From the NCBI GenBank assembly GCA_000165345.1, contig CM000434.1:1152001-1216000 (forward strand): a stretch of 64,000 nucleotides of DNA, read 5' to 3'. This document shows positions 42,458-61,657 of the stretch, one piece after another. Position numbers and translations under genes: made by a program. Numbering within the stretch: position 1 is the stretch's first letter; every line of letters begins with the position of its first letter. The notes beneath the pieces are model-generated. The model saw only the letters and a list, made by a program, of their open reading frames with translations, had not been told where the DNA came from and ran no database searches.

Positions 42458-44467
42458 TCAATAGTGAAAATTATTGATAAAATGGGGTTGCTTCACAACA
42501 GAACTTTCAACCCCAACAAACTTATGGCCATTGTTTGTATAACTTAGAGTGGCTGCAGAGGAGGTATTCACCTGTTGTTGGTTTCTTAATGATGCAGCAA
42601 ACTCGTTATTATAAACTGAATTGTTATCAGAAGACCCTGACAAAAACTGACTGTTTAGCATTAGTTTATGTTGTTGTCCGTCGTTTTTAAAGAACTTGTG
42701 ACCTATTGGAGGATTTGCAGGCCTTAGAGACGTCCCAACTGACTTATAATAGCTTCTCTGGGATTCTGCTAAGTCTTCAGAAACTGGACTCTGACCGCCA
42801 CTATAATTATTAAAATGTGTAGCATGTGAAACATTGTGAATATTTATCTGATTACTACTATTTATGTTTGCCATTGAACTCTTTCCCATACCAATACTTT
42901 GTTTTCCAACTTCACAATATTGTTTCTCATCTTCTATGAAAGTTTGGTGAGAGCTCACATTGTTAGGTATAATATTTGATTTGATTATAGCAATTACCTG
43001 AGGATGCCATAGAATTGGAAAGTTATTATGGAAACAAAATAAAAGCTGTTGAATACAATCTGGGTGAAACAAAGCCTTCTTAATACTCCACCTTGTATTT
43101 GGGTTGGGGTCAGTAAACCCAATAAAGATCTCCCACATGAAGTACTGGCTCTGCTTTAATTGAGTATTCCCTTTTTGTTTTCCTTTACTCAGAATCTTAT
43201 TATTAAAATCACTTCTGATTAGTTCCACTACTTTTAGAATATAAGGAGCTGCTTCTGTAACATCCAATCCTTTCTGTCTGCAAATAAACCTACCAGTGAG
43301 AAACAACAATAAGTTCATTCCAACTGCATAGTTGTCTATCTTTTCGGTTAAAGGACCTTTAAATGTCAATACTTCCGGGGGATTAATTTCAAGTGTTCCT
43401 GGCCATTCTGAGGGGCTCAAATGTAACTTCTTCGTTTGTTCACTCCACCCAAAATCACCTATTACTATTGTTTTATTTGAATATCTTAAAATATTCGTTG
43501 GTTTCAAGTCTCTATGTACTACCCCCTTGTCTTGGAAGTATAATACGCTCTGAATTAGTTGAATAAAGTGCTGGAAGGCTTCCAATTCGCTTACACAACA
43601 GTTCTCACGCCAAATAGTACCATCATCTACATAATCTTGAACTAATAGGCTTCCTTCTGGGCCTACTACGATCTTGTGCAGCCTAACTACACCTGGACAT
43701 TGGCTTACTATGAGATTCTTTATTTCTGACTGAAACATTCTCTCAATCCTTTCTACTGTATCTGAAGGATAAGTATGAGGTTCTAATAGTTTTCCTGCAT
43801 ATTTCTTCCCCGTTATTTTATCTTTCAAAAGCCAAACTTTAGCATAAGTCCCAGTTCCTATCATTTCAAGTCTTTCATATGAACTATAAACGCTTGTATA
43901 TCTTTCATCAATTATTCTTTCCCAATTTGGAATCTTTTTATACCAATCTGCTTCAGTAAATCCTCCCAAGTTCACCTTCTTGTAGTTTGTTTGGTTCAAT
44001 GAGCTTTGAGATCCACTTTTGCTACTCAATTTAGTGTTCTTATCTACAATTCTGGTATCATATTCATGATCTCTTTTCTCAGTAAATTCTTCACTTATTT
44101 GACGTTTATTAGTTTCTAACTGTTGAATTACTCTTGGGGTTTCTGAAATCTCCATGTTTCTGTCAACATAGCTCCCTTCCATTACTCCAACGCTTTTTTT
44201 ATATTCTGATATATTTTGTCTGATTAAGTTTCCATTTCTTCCTAATATATCATTTCTATTGTTCCCTGTAAATTCCATCTCTTCTCCATGTTGTAGAAAC
44301 TTTTTATCAGAATAACCAGAATTAAAGTTATGCTTGAATCTAGGTGTTGAACTTTCATTCCTCATACCATCAGTACCTCCATTATTGATATCCCAAGTGT
44401 GTCTGTTCGGAGTGTCATAAATCCTTGTGTTCCCTGATATATTACACCCTTCGTGAATAGTATACAT
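42458..44467 (-). CDS. Serine/threonine protein kinase (C-terminal kinase domain, N-terminal low-complexity region)
   Basis: GTGTYAKVW (Gly loop), AGK (VAIK-type Lys), HRDLKPTNIL, IGDFGWS, PPEVL. The track ORF starts at TTG 44485; the first ATG is 44467. Confidence 0.75.
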   Translation of the reverse strand: MYTIHEGCNISGNTRIYDTPNRHTWDINNGGTDGMRNESSTPRFKHNFNSGYSDKKFLQHGEEMEFTGNNRNDILGRNGNLIRQNISEYKKSVGVMEGSYVDRNMEISETPRVIQQLETNKRQISEEFTEKRDHEYDTRIVDKNTKLSSKSGSQSSLNQTNYKKVNLGGFTEADWYKKIPNWERIIDERYTSVYSSYERLEMIGTGTYAKVWLLKDKITGKKYAGKLLEPHTYPSDTVERIERMFQSEIKNLIVSQCPGVVRLHKIVVGPEGSLLVQDYVDDGTIWRENCCVSELEAFQHFIQLIQSVLYFQDKGVVHRDLKPTNILRYSNKTIVIGDFGWSEQTKKLHLSPSEWPGTLEINPPEVLTFKGPLTEKIDNYAVGMNLLLFLTGRFICRQKGLDVTEAAPYILKVVELIRSDFNNKILSKGKQKGNTQLKQSQYFMWEIFIGFTDPNPNTRWSIKKALFHPDCIQQLLFCFHNNFPILWHPQVIAIIKSNIIPNNVSSHQTFIEDEKQYCEVGKQSIGMGKSSMANINSSNQINIHNVSHATHFNNYSGGQSPVSEDLAESQRSYYKSVGTSLRPANPPIGHKFFKNDGQQHKLMLNSQFLSGSSDNNSVYNNEFAASLRNQQQVNTSSAATLSYTNNGHKFVGVESSVVKQPHFINNFHY

Positions 44468-44784
44468 GATAACATAATCCAGCAATCCCTAAATCTCCAA
44501 ATATTCACCAAATAATTGCTTCTCCTATGTCTGATAACACACTCCTATTATTATCGTAATTAATCTCTGATAGACTCTGGTATATACCACATTCAAGCTT
44601 ATTGACAATTTGATGTACTTCAAGCCTTAAATCTGTATATATTTCTTCTAATTTTAACCAAATTCCATCAAATAAATTACAAAAAAAGAGTTCTCAATCT
44701 CCAAAAGAGCTGGTAAACTCCTTATTTCCTGAATACCTCCTTCACTTGTGTGTCCCCAATTTTCCTATTTTTATTGCACCCTCC

Positions 44785-44808
44785 ATACCCGTCATGTGTG
44801 ACGGGTAT
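44785..44808. repeat. Perfect 10-bp inverted repeat ATACCCGTCA tgtg TGACGGGTAT, with a third TACCCGT copy and a CCGTACGG palindrome just downstream
   Basis: Seen directly, in the intergenic region upstream of the kinase at 42458..44467. Confidence 0.5.
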
Positions 44809-45009
44809 GTATTTGCACGCCTGTCACTCTAAAATACCCGTACGGATGAGATACATTTCAAATCATTCCAATAACTCACATTTGTCTACTTAATTATGAA
44901 AGAATTCTCACCTTTTTCGAAAACATCACCTAATATCCAAATAACCCATTTTACTTAAGATTCCGAAATTTGAAGTTTTTTTTATTTGCATGTTTTGCCC
45001 GCCAAAACT

Positions 45010-46473
45010 TTATTCCTTTTTAATTTTGACAGAGTGATTATTAAGTCTTTTAATTAAAATAACAATAAGGAAAGGAATAAAAACGAGGAAAGAAATTAGG
45101 AAAGTTCCTGAAAATGTGATGATATGTGACTTGATTCTGTAATATGCTTGAAATTTGTAGTTGAGTAGAAGATGTTCAGGAATATAGTAGGAACTCATAT
45201 TATACACTAATACTGGTCTAGGCTTCAAAATATCGAGCCAACCAAAATAATGATCCAACTCATCATTTTGTATAAGAGATGGGATATTGTTATTCTTTGG
45301 GAAATCTATAGAAATGTCAGAGGAGCCAGTTGGGAATCTGATTTGTGTGTTGACATTCTCTGAGTATATTCCTTTAGCTGAAGGAATCATAGTAAGATTA
45401 AGCATGTATAGCTTTAGACTTTGATCGTAGAAAACAACAGTTTCTAGAGGGAGATTGTATTCCACAATGTAGTCAAACTGCCATCCACCCATTAAAGGTG
45501 ATCTGGGTTGGATTTGGAGCATTGTGTGAGAGGCCCCAACTCTCCAAGCATTTGAGTATGAAATATTTCCAATCTGGTCATAGTATTCCAGTCCAACAGC
45601 TCTATATGGAAGAACATGATCTACAAATAGACAAACATGTGTGTTATGAGGTAGTACTGTTCCTGGATTTCTCATCCTAGCAAAACCTTGCCCTGAAAGG
45701 ATCATAATTTCCTTTCTGTGGAATTCTCCTTTGTTATGAGCTGCCATATTTATTCCTGAGTATTCTTCTTTAACCTTAACATTTCCCCAGTGGGAAATTT
45801 CAATGATTCTGGAGACTGAGTCAAAGTAAACAAGATGATTGTTTAATGAAAAATGAACCAAAAACTTATCACCTTGTTTGTCCTGGCTCACCAAATGGAC
45901 TACCTTGTTTTCTTGTCGCTTCATATTTGTTGGTATTACTCTCTCTATAATTGTTCCTGCCAAAAACTGAATTACTATCTTTTCTTTAGTAACTTTGTAC
46001 TTGTTTCTAAGCCTGAGTTCATCCTCAAACACCAAAAGCTGGTTTTCTCCAAGTCTTATAGCTTTTGGTAAAGCAGAGTAAGGATTTCCCATATGATATT
46101 CTATAAATATGGTCCTCTCATTATCTGAAAGATGACCAACTTCTATCTTAAATGACTTTTCTGCTTCAATTTTTTCAACTTTAAAGTTATTAGAACTAAT
46201 AGAGGAAGTTCCTGCTGAGATGAATCCAATTCTTGAAAATTGGTCTTCTGGAAGAGCAAAAACGTATTCAAAACTAGAAATCTCGTCTTTAATACTTTTA
46301 AGTTTCACTTCCATAACTACCTTGGCAACCCTCTTTGTCAAGTAAAAAGTTCTGGTAACTTGTGTTGAAACTAGTTCATCTAAGTTTCCTTCTCCTCCAA
46401 TAACTATTGAGATCCAGCTGAATAATACCAAAATACTTAAAAAATACATCTTAATTCCGCTCATTTTGAGCAT
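45010..46473 (-). CDS. OST1: Ribophorin I / OST1 subunit of oligosaccharyltransferase
   Basis: Signal peptide, lumenal domain and C-terminal TM. IIEISHWGNVKVKEEY...HTMLQIQPRSPLMGGWQFDYIVEYNLPLE matches ribophorin I TIEVSHWGNIAVEE...[24 protein letters not shown]. In-frame ATGs are at 46473, 46464 and 46449. Confidence 0.85.
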   Translation of the reverse strand: MLKMSGIKMYFLSILVLFSWISIVIGGEGNLDELVSTQVTRTFYLTKRVAKVVMEVKLKSIKDEISSFEYVFALPEDQFSRIGFISAGTSSISSNNFKVEKIEAEKSFKIEVGHLSDNERTIFIEYHMGNPYSALPKAIRLGENQLLVFEDELRLRNKYKVTKEKIVIQFLAGTIIERVIPTNMKRQENKVVHLVSQDKQGDKFLVHFSLNNHLVYFDSVSRIIEISHWGNVKVKEEYSGINMAAHNKGEFHRKEIMILSGQGFARMRNPGTVLPHNTHVCLFVDHVLPYRAVGLEYYDQIGNISYSNAWRVGASHTMLQIQPRSPLMGGWQFDYIVEYNLPLETVVFYDQSLKLYMLNLTMIPSAKGIYSENVNTQIRFPTGSSDISIDFPKNNNIPSLIQNDELDHYFGWLDILKPRPVLVYNMSSYYIPEHLLLNYKFQAYYRIKSHIITFSGTFLISFLVFIPFLIVILIKRLNNHSVKIKKE

Positions 46474-46820
46474 TATTGAGATTCTTTGACTTTTAAAAAA
46501 CTCTATTTAGACTTTTTTTTACCCCTCTTTTCCCCCTAAAATTTTTTTTATTAAATATTTAAAAAAAAATTCCCCTATACCGGCCTTTATTTATTGCCCT
46601 ATACCGGTGTTGCTGCATTAAGTAACTTGGCACACAAAAAATTCAAATTAGCTAAAAATTGCAAAAAATTTGGCAGTAAGCCAATAGAAACGAAACTTAA
46701 AACAGAAACTAACAACTTTCTAATTATCAAAACTTAGTGTTTAGCTAGTTATGCCTCTATTTAAGCCTAACAACAATCTACTAGTACCAATATTAACATA
46801 TAATTTGTGAGTTTCACTCC

Positions 46821-48416
46821 TTAAACTCCTTGCCTTTGTCTAGGAGCGCAACGTATAATATCGTCAACTCTCAAAATCATCTCAGCTGCCTCAGTAGCTG
46901 AACAGATCTGAGAGAGTTTTGATTCAAATGACTCAAGGATGCCAAGTTCCTTCATATCTCCAGGTTGAGCAACTTTAAAATCAATTCCATAGGTACTACT
47001 ACCCTTATAGTGAAGAGCTCTAAGTTTAGTAACAATCTCAGCACTATCATAGCCTCCATTATCCAAGAGAATAGTGGGAATTTGTCTCAATGCATTAGCA
47101 AATGCCTCAATTGCAAGACTCTTTTTTCCTTCAACTCTCTTAGAAAGTTCATCAACCGAGACACTCATTAACATTTCACTACATCCACCACCATAAACCA
47201 CTCTTCCATCACTAACAGTTTGGAAAAGAACTGCCAGAGCATCATGAAGACTTCTTTCAGCCTCATCAAGTATATGAGAAGATGCTCCTCTTAATACAAT
47301 GGTGCATGCTTGGTTTTTAGCACATCCAGAAAAGCGGATAAACTCGTCTTCTCCAATCATAATGGTATCCATAAGTTCACAAGTTCCAAGAACTGTTTTT
47401 TCTGGATTATCAAAAGTACTAACAATATCTGCTCCTAATACAGCTCCAAGTCTCTCAACTCCTTCAAAGTCTGCATGTTCTATGGCAACAATTCCAGCCT
47501 CTTTGAATAATTGATCAGGATAGTTATAAATAAGTTGTCTATTAATGAATACATTACATCCATGCTTGAGGATTTTCTGGACTTTATTATACATTTTCTT
47601 CTTTTCTGCTTGTTCAATTTCCTGAACAGTATCCATACTATCAACAGTGACTTTAGCACCGTAGATCTTAATTTTGTCAGTATCCATTGGGGTATTTGCT
47701 ACCAAGATTTTACAGTTTCTCATAACCTTTGGTTGGCCAACTCCAATCTTCTTTTCAAGAATGAATCCTTCTTCTAAGAAGGAGTCCTGTAGTGATCCTC
47801 CAACTTTTTTGATGATTTGGATGTAGTCCAAATTCATGTTATCTCCAAGTCTAAGAATAGCTTTTAAAGCTAAGTTAGCAAAATGATCCTTCTCAATAGT
47901 GAGAAGTTTTGAACTTAGAGTAGTTCTTGCTATATTTAGTAAATCAGTTTCAAAAGCTGAACGATTTTCACGGTTATTAAAGGAATTTGAGCTTAAAGCT
48001 TTTCTAGCCTCCTCTAAAGCCATTCTATATCCAGCAATAATAACTTGAGGATGAATCTTCTGATCCAATAATCTCTCAGCTTGTTTAAGTAATTCTGAAG
48101 CTAAAATAACAACTCCCGTTGTACCATCTCCACATCTATTGTCTTGTTGTTTACTGATATCAACCAATATCTTGGCAGCTGGATTGTCAATTGAAATAGA
48201 CTTCAAAATAGTAGCACCATCATTAGTTACTATAGGAGTAGAGTCAATTGGGCCTTCCTTTATTGGCTGTAATATTTTATCCATTCCCTTTGGACCAAAA
48301 GTAGTTTTCAAAAGATCTCCTATTGCTATTGCTCCTACAATTGACTGGAGTCTAGCTAATTCACCCTTGCTCTCCTGAGCTCCATCATCCATGATCTTCG
48401 GTACGACTGATGTCAT
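46821..48416 (-). CDS. CCT2: T-complex protein 1 (CCT/TRiC) beta subunit
   Basis: [71 protein letters not shown] is the CCT-beta signature. ATG at 48416; 531 aa. Confidence 0.9.
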   Translation of the reverse strand: MTSVVPKIMDDGAQESKGELARLQSIVGAIAIGDLLKTTFGPKGMDKILQPIKEGPIDSTPIVTNDGATILKSISIDNPAAKILVDISKQQDNRCGDGTTGVVILASELLKQAERLLDQKIHPQVIIAGYRMALEEARKALSSNSFNNRENRSAFETDLLNIARTTLSSKLLTIEKDHFANLALKAILRLGDNMNLDYIQIIKKVGGSLQDSFLEEGFILEKKIGVGQPKVMRNCKILVANTPMDTDKIKIYGAKVTVDSMDTVQEIEQAEKKKMYNKVQKILKHGCNVFINRQLIYNYPDQLFKEAGIVAIEHADFEGVERLGAVLGADIVSTFDNPEKTVLGTCELMDTIMIGEDEFIRFSGCAKNQACTIVLRGASSHILDEAERSLHDALAVLFQTVSDGRVVYGGGCSEMLMSVSVDELSKRVEGKKSLAIEAFANALRQIPTILLDNGGYDSAEIVTKLRALHYKGSSTYGIDFKVAQPGDMKELGILESFESKLSQICSATEAAEMILRVDDIIRCAPRQRQGV

Positions 48417-48859
48417 CTTAGTCTTTTCAGTTCACCTCTTTTAAGAAAATTTCCTTTAAAATTGGAAGAAGAACTTTCTGCCCCAAAATACTAGTCTTTA
48501 TTATTTAATTCCTCAATGACATTAAGGATAGTTATTACCCCTCCTTTTTTCTACTTCCCACTTATATTTACCATACAAGTAAAAAAATTTCAAAGCTTAA
48601 GTCTTAATTTCCCGCCTATTTTTTTTTATTTTTGATCTTTACTTATTACTTCTGTCTTTTAATCAATACCGGTACTTTTTGAGGCGGGCAAACTGTGGCG
48701 CCGCGTGTGTGTAATGAAAATAATATTGAAAGAGGAATGAAAACGAACTCAAAATAAAAAAAAATTAGTGCAACTAAATAAAGAGAGCAAAGTAGATAGG
48801 AATTTACTTTAGTTATTATCATATGAATAGTTGTTTTTGTGTAGGATGATGTTCCTGCG

Positions 48860-50581
48860 TTACTTTTTCATTTTGTGGAAAACAGTAGCAGGTCCAACAA
48901 TTCCAAATGTTTCTTCTAGCTTTAAAGTATCAGAATAGGTATTTTCAGCAAATTTTTTTGCTTCATCATTATCATTTATAGTGGGAACTGACGTTTTGAG
49001 AGTACTTTTAAGTTCTTCGTCCATTTTTTTCATGATTTCATTCAGTTCATCAAAATCAAGTTCACTCAAGTCGCTTTCGAGAGTTATATCACTCATATCT
49101 TCATCATGATATTCTGGAAGTGAATTTGGATCCGAAAAATCTAGGTCTATGCCATCAAAATAAGATTTCTCTTCCAAAATATCTGAGAAATTAAAACATT
49201 GATCATTTTTGAAAGATTTGGAGTCTTCTGAGTAGACTTTTTGAATATCTTCAATTAGCTTTTTAGAGTATTCTTCATTATTCATCCAACTGCTTGAATC
49301 GGATTGATTTTTATCCTCATCATTTTTAGATGATAAAATCATTTTTGATTCTTTTAAATTGTTTGCTAAATGTACCCATAATGTACGAAAATCATCATTC
49401 TTTTGGGATTTTAAGTCTTTCATAAGTTCTAGAGAATCTTTTACAAGAGTTTGAATATCAGACTCTTTATTCTTAATCTCCTCATTTGATTTCAAGTATT
49501 CTGTATTGATAAATTTCCAGATAAATAAATTCAAAGATTTACTTGGATTGATTAAATATACTAGATAAATCCCATAAGTTAATAGACATCCATACAAAAG
49601 CTCAGAATGGAATTTCTTATTTTGAAGATTCTCTGGAAGATGATTTATCCAACTATTTCTTGAAAATTTTGGAGGAAGCATTGTCAAGAGAGCTTCATTA
49701 ATAAATCTCGAATATTGAGTCCTTGTCATGCAAATCTTTACTCGAATCAAGTCTTTTGGTAAAAACATATTAACATTATTATCAGAATCCTCTTTTTTTC
49801 TCAATTTTTTTAGCTCTGAAGAATCATACCTGTTGCAAAGAAGATATTTAAGTGAGATTTCTAACAGATAATGAAACTCAAATATCATCTCTGCTATTTT
49901 TTTTGGAAGTATTACATAGAAATTATGAAATTTCTCTACATGATTAATTTTTGAAATTGAGTCAAACTTATCCATAAAGATCTTTGTAAAGGATTCTTCT
50001 GTATAACAATCATTAATTTGGCATTTTATTATCTCAAGAGCAGATTTTAGAGACAAATTCTCTGTCATATTGTCCATTATTTCTGGAGGAATCAAATAAA
50101 CTCTTCCCTTTAATATAAAACATCTATTTGCTGAATTATTTGGTTTCATCCAATTTGGTAAGATATCAGCCAAATCTATCAAAATCGGATCTCCATCACT
50201 ACTTATTGCTTGAACTACCAGATTCTCCATACTTTCCGTTACTTTATAACAAAGGTATATAGCATACCATTCATCTAAGTGATAAGTACTCAAATTCAGT
50301 GAACATCTTACATAATCCACCTCCTCAACTCTGTCCATCTCAAGAGAAAATGGAATTGTATCCCAATTATAACCAAAAATCCCTAATTCTATGAATTTTT
50401 TATAAAGATCATTTATATACATATCCCCTTTTTCTGGAGAAATACTATTTTTTAAGTCATCCAAATAGAAAAATTTTAGCTCAATTCCTCCATCAATATC
50501 TTCATAATCGTAACCATTCTTAGTCAACTCCAAAATTCTTTCCAATAACTCATTACTGCCTACATTACTAAAACCTTCCAT
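48860..50581 (-). CDS. ECD: Ecdysoneless (ECD/hSGT1) family protein
   Basis: DEWYAIYLCYKVTESMENLVVQAISSDGDPILIDLADILPNWMKPNNSANRCFILKGRVYLIPPE parallels human ECD [65 protein letters not shown]. ATG at 50581. Acidic C-terminal tail. Confidence 0.75.
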   Translation of the reverse strand: MEGFSNVGSNELLERILELTKNGYDYEDIDGGIELKFFYLDDLKNSISPEKGDMYINDLYKKFIELGIFGYNWDTIPFSLEMDRVEEVDYVRCSLNLSTYHLDEWYAIYLCYKVTESMENLVVQAISSDGDPILIDLADILPNWMKPNNSANRCFILKGRVYLIPPEIMDNMTENLSLKSALEIIKCQINDCYTEESFTKIFMDKFDSISKINHVEKFHNFYVILPKKIAEMIFEFHYLLEISLKYLLCNRYDSSELKKLRKKEDSDNNVNMFLPKDLIRVKICMTRTQYSRFINEALLTMLPPKFSRNSWINHLPENLQNKKFHSELLYGCLLTYGIYLVYLINPSKSLNLFIWKFINTEYLKSNEEIKNKESDIQTLVKDSLELMKDLKSQKNDDFRTLWVHLANNLKESKMILSSKNDEDKNQSDSSSWMNNEEYSKKLIEDIQKVYSEDSKSFKNDQCFNFSDILEEKSYFDGIDLDFSDPNSLPEYHDEDMSDITLESDLSELDFDELNEIMKKMDEELKSTLKTSVPTINDNDEAKKFAENTYSDTLKLEETFGIVGPATVFHKMKK

Positions 50582-50637
50582 ATTTCACTCTTTTTTCCCC
50601 ATTAATTATTTCATTTCATTATTGACATTTTTTGTGT

Positions 50638-50680
50638 TGGCGCCTGTTTATTTTTATATACCGGTGTTCCACGTAATTAA
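50638..50680. promoter_or_regulatory. Composite element TGGCGCC ... TATACCGGTGTT CC ACGTAATT in the divergent ECD/PIG-V promoter
   Basis: An E2F-like GGCGCC box followed by the recurring TATACCGGTGTT 12-mer and a CACGTAAT box. The same composite recurs at about 19996..20020, 16746..16770 and (reversed) 5136..5156. Confidence 0.45.
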
Positions 50681-51096
50681 ATTGTCTCAAAAAATACATG
50701 CGAAAAATTTGTTTGAGAAATATTGAAGAAAAATAAGTGATATTACTAAAAATTTTCTATGTTTTCAAATTATTTTATCTTTTATCCTGATTTTATTTTT
50801 GTTTTTTTTGTGTGTTGTTTCCTTCTATCTTTTTAGAATTCATTCATAGCCTAAATTAGTAATTAATTAACATGTTTTTGTTAATGCGCTTAAATCATGT
50901 TTTCAATGGGGTTAATTTTCTTCAAAATCATGAACTTTAGTAATAAAAAAATTTTTAAAGTGGTTTATTTGGAAAAACTAAACATAATATTTAGGAATTA
51001 ATCCAAAAGAGAATTGTCACATTTGAATATATTTAAATATAAAGCTTAAAGAACACATCCAAAAATATTAAGTATAAAATATTTGTATTTATATTA

Positions 51097-51119
51097 AATA
51101 TATATATATATATATATAA
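51097..51119. repeat. (AT)n microsatellite upstream of the PIG-V-like gene
   Basis: Seen directly. Confidence 0.7.
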
Positions 51120-51160
51120 TTTAAGAAAAGAAATCTCCATAACTTATATTCTTATCACAA

Positions 51161-52483
51161 ATGAAAACAACCATAGGAAGAGTTATATTTCTGGCAATCT
51201 GTTCTCGTCTATTGTGTATTTTCATTTCATTCTTGACAAATGATTTGTTTTCTACCATAAGAAATACAGGAATCCTTCATTTATACTTAGACAATAACCA
51301 AAATTCACAAAATACTGTCACTTGGAAGCTATTTAAATCCTTTATTAATTGGGATGGAGAATATTATTTAAGAATATCATACTATAATGATTATGAATAT
51401 GAACATCAACATGCTTTTTTACCTCTATATCCTATATTAGTTAATCAAATTTCAAAGATTGTTTCTGGTATTAATAAAACAAGTATTTTAGTTAATATGA
51501 TTGTTGGAACAATTATTAGTAATTTGGCATTTGTATTAGCTTCTGTTGGTCTATATCTATTTCAATGTGAATTATTTTATAAGATGAAAATAAAAAATGT
51601 TGTTTTTCCAGGTATATCTACTCTTTTCTTTCTTTTCCCAAGCTCAAACATTTTCAATTCTTCTATGTATACTGAAAGTTTATATTCTTGTTTTAATTTT
51701 TGGGGAGCATTTCTAATTCTTAAAGCCGAGTCCAATTCTCATAAGTTTGGTTTCTTTTCAATTAAGAATTTTATATATTTAATTTTATCAGTACTTTGTA
51801 TGTCAGTAACATGTGGAATAAGATCTAATGGAATCTTAAATTCTATTCCACTCTTTTTCTATTTTGTATCAACTAGTCCAAGCATTAAAAATATCTTAAA
51901 ATTCATATTACATTGGTCTATTGCCTTTATTATGTTCATTTCTACTATTTTTCCTTTTTTGGCTTATCTAATATATTCTTATTTTAGATATTGTGTATAT
52001 ATTTCAGAATCTCGTCCTTGGTGTAAATCTTTAATCCCAAATATTTATTCTTTTGTTCAAGATGAATACTGGAGTAATGGTATATTTAACTATTGGAGAA
52101 TTGAAAAATTTGATAAATTTATTCTTATTATTCCTTTTATACTTGTAACAATTTACTCTATAAAAATTTTCTTTATTAAAAGATCAAAAAAAGATAAAAA
52201 TAATGTATTTTCTATTATTTATCAAATACTTGATCATTTTCAACATTGTTATTCAGTTTTTGGATATTTTTTTCAAATTTACTTTCTTCTTATTTCCATT
52301 CTACTTTATGGTTATGTTGAAGTAATTATCAGATTATTTAACTGTATTCCATTATACTTTACTCTTATGGGTTATTTTTTTCAAAATCAAAATCCAAAAC
52401 TTTCCAATCTTCTTTTAATTTACCAAATATTTACCTTTATTTTTGGTAGTATTTGGTTTCCAAACTTTCTTCCCTGGACTTAA
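51161..52483 (+). CDS. PIGV: GPI mannosyltransferase 2 (PIG-V/Gpi18)-like multi-pass membrane protein
   Basis: FINWDGEYYLRISYYNDYEYEHQHAFLPLYPILV matches the PIG-V motif [31 protein letters not shown]. About 8 predicted TM helices. ATG at 51161. Confidence 0.7.
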   Translation: MKTTIGRVIFLAICSRLLCIFISFLTNDLFSTIRNTGILHLYLDNNQNSQNTVTWKLFKSFINWDGEYYLRISYYNDYEYEHQHAFLPLYPILVNQISKIVSGINKTSILVNMIVGTIISNLAFVLASVGLYLFQCELFYKMKIKNVVFPGISTLFFLFPSSNIFNSSMYTESLYSCFNFWGAFLILKAESNSHKFGFFSIKNFIYLILSVLCMSVTCGIRSNGILNSIPLFFYFVSTSPSIKNILKFILHWSIAFIMFISTIFPFLAYLIYSYFRYCVYISESRPWCKSLIPNIYSFVQDEYWSNGIFNYWRIEKFDKFILIIPFILVTIYSIKIFFIKRSKKDKNNVFSIIYQILDHFQHCYSVFGYFFQIYFLLISILLYGYVEVIIRLFNCIPLYFTLMGYFFQNQNPKLSNLLLIYQIFTFIFGSIWFPNFLPWT

Positions 52484-52738
52484 TTTTGTTTAAATTCATA
52501 TTAATCTTTAAAAAAATACATTTATAAGGTATAAAGGACAAATTTTTCTATTGTTTTTTCTTCTCAAAAAAAAAAAAAATTTGTATGGATCTTGAAATAT
52601 TTTCTGCATATACCGGTGTTAAGGTATCTAACATGCAAATGGCGCCAAACTTTTTATAGCCTTTGAAAAATTAATAAAAAAGAAAAAAAAAATTTTAAGA
52701 AAATAAATCTTGATATCTAATATTCAATATTGAACTAG

Positions 52739-53168
52739 ATGTCTAGTAAACAGATTAAACTTTCTTCTAATGTTTCTGCTGTAAGTTTCTATTTTGAGTA
52801 AAAAATATTAGTATTGATTAATTAATTTAATTTAATTGTTTTCTTTAAATTTTCTATAGTTGAGATTTATTCAAGCAGCTCAAACTAAAGTAAAACATGA
52901 GGAACTAAAGAAGAAACAAGAAAAAACACTTGGATGGTACTTACCAGGTTTTGAAGAGACAAAAACTAGAGGATCAGAACTTGCAAATAAAAATCTTCAA
53001 CTTGAAAATATGTATATTTTAACTAGAAAATCCTTTAATTCTTATAATCAATTAGTAGAGAAACAAAATTCGAATATAATTTCAAGAAGAAAACATTATG
53101 AAAGAGTTAAAGATGAAGAAAGAGAAGAAAAGATTATACAAAATATGTTTAAAAAACATCAAAAATAG
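52739..53168 (+). CDS. Small basic protein (about 116 aa), two exons: 52739..52780 and 52860..53168, with an intron at 52781..52859
   Basis: Track ORF 52860..53168 begins at TTG directly after a TTTCTATAG acceptor, and its first in-frame ATG is not until M51. An upstream ATG (52739) opens a 14-codon exon (MSSKQIKLSSNVSA) ending in a GTAAGT donor, in frame (phase 0). A GGCGCCAAA box lies about 95 nt upstream. It is K/E-rich with a TLGWYLPG motif. Function unknown. Confidence 0.55.
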
Positions 53169-53303
53169 GTGTATAAATTGGTTGATAACAATATTACTAC
53201 TATTAATTAATCGATAGGATCATTAATTATCTTATTTAAGTTTATAAGGGTTGAATATGGAGAGTTTATTTATTAATTCCTTTAAAGTTAGGTTAATCTA
53301 ATC

Positions 53304-61439
<8,136 letters not shown>

Positions 61440-61657
61440 TGATTGATTGTAATGTTAAGAAATTCAAGTATAATTGAATGATTGTAAAACAGCCGACTGG
61501 TTACTTAATTATCAGATATTAGAATTAAATAACTAATGAACTGCTTATTAGTTTGTCACTTTGATATGAATCCACTTTAATTAGCAATGTAAAGAAGATT
61601 AATAATATAATCTCAGTGACAAATTACATGAATTAAAACTCAAATATAGTGTTAAAC

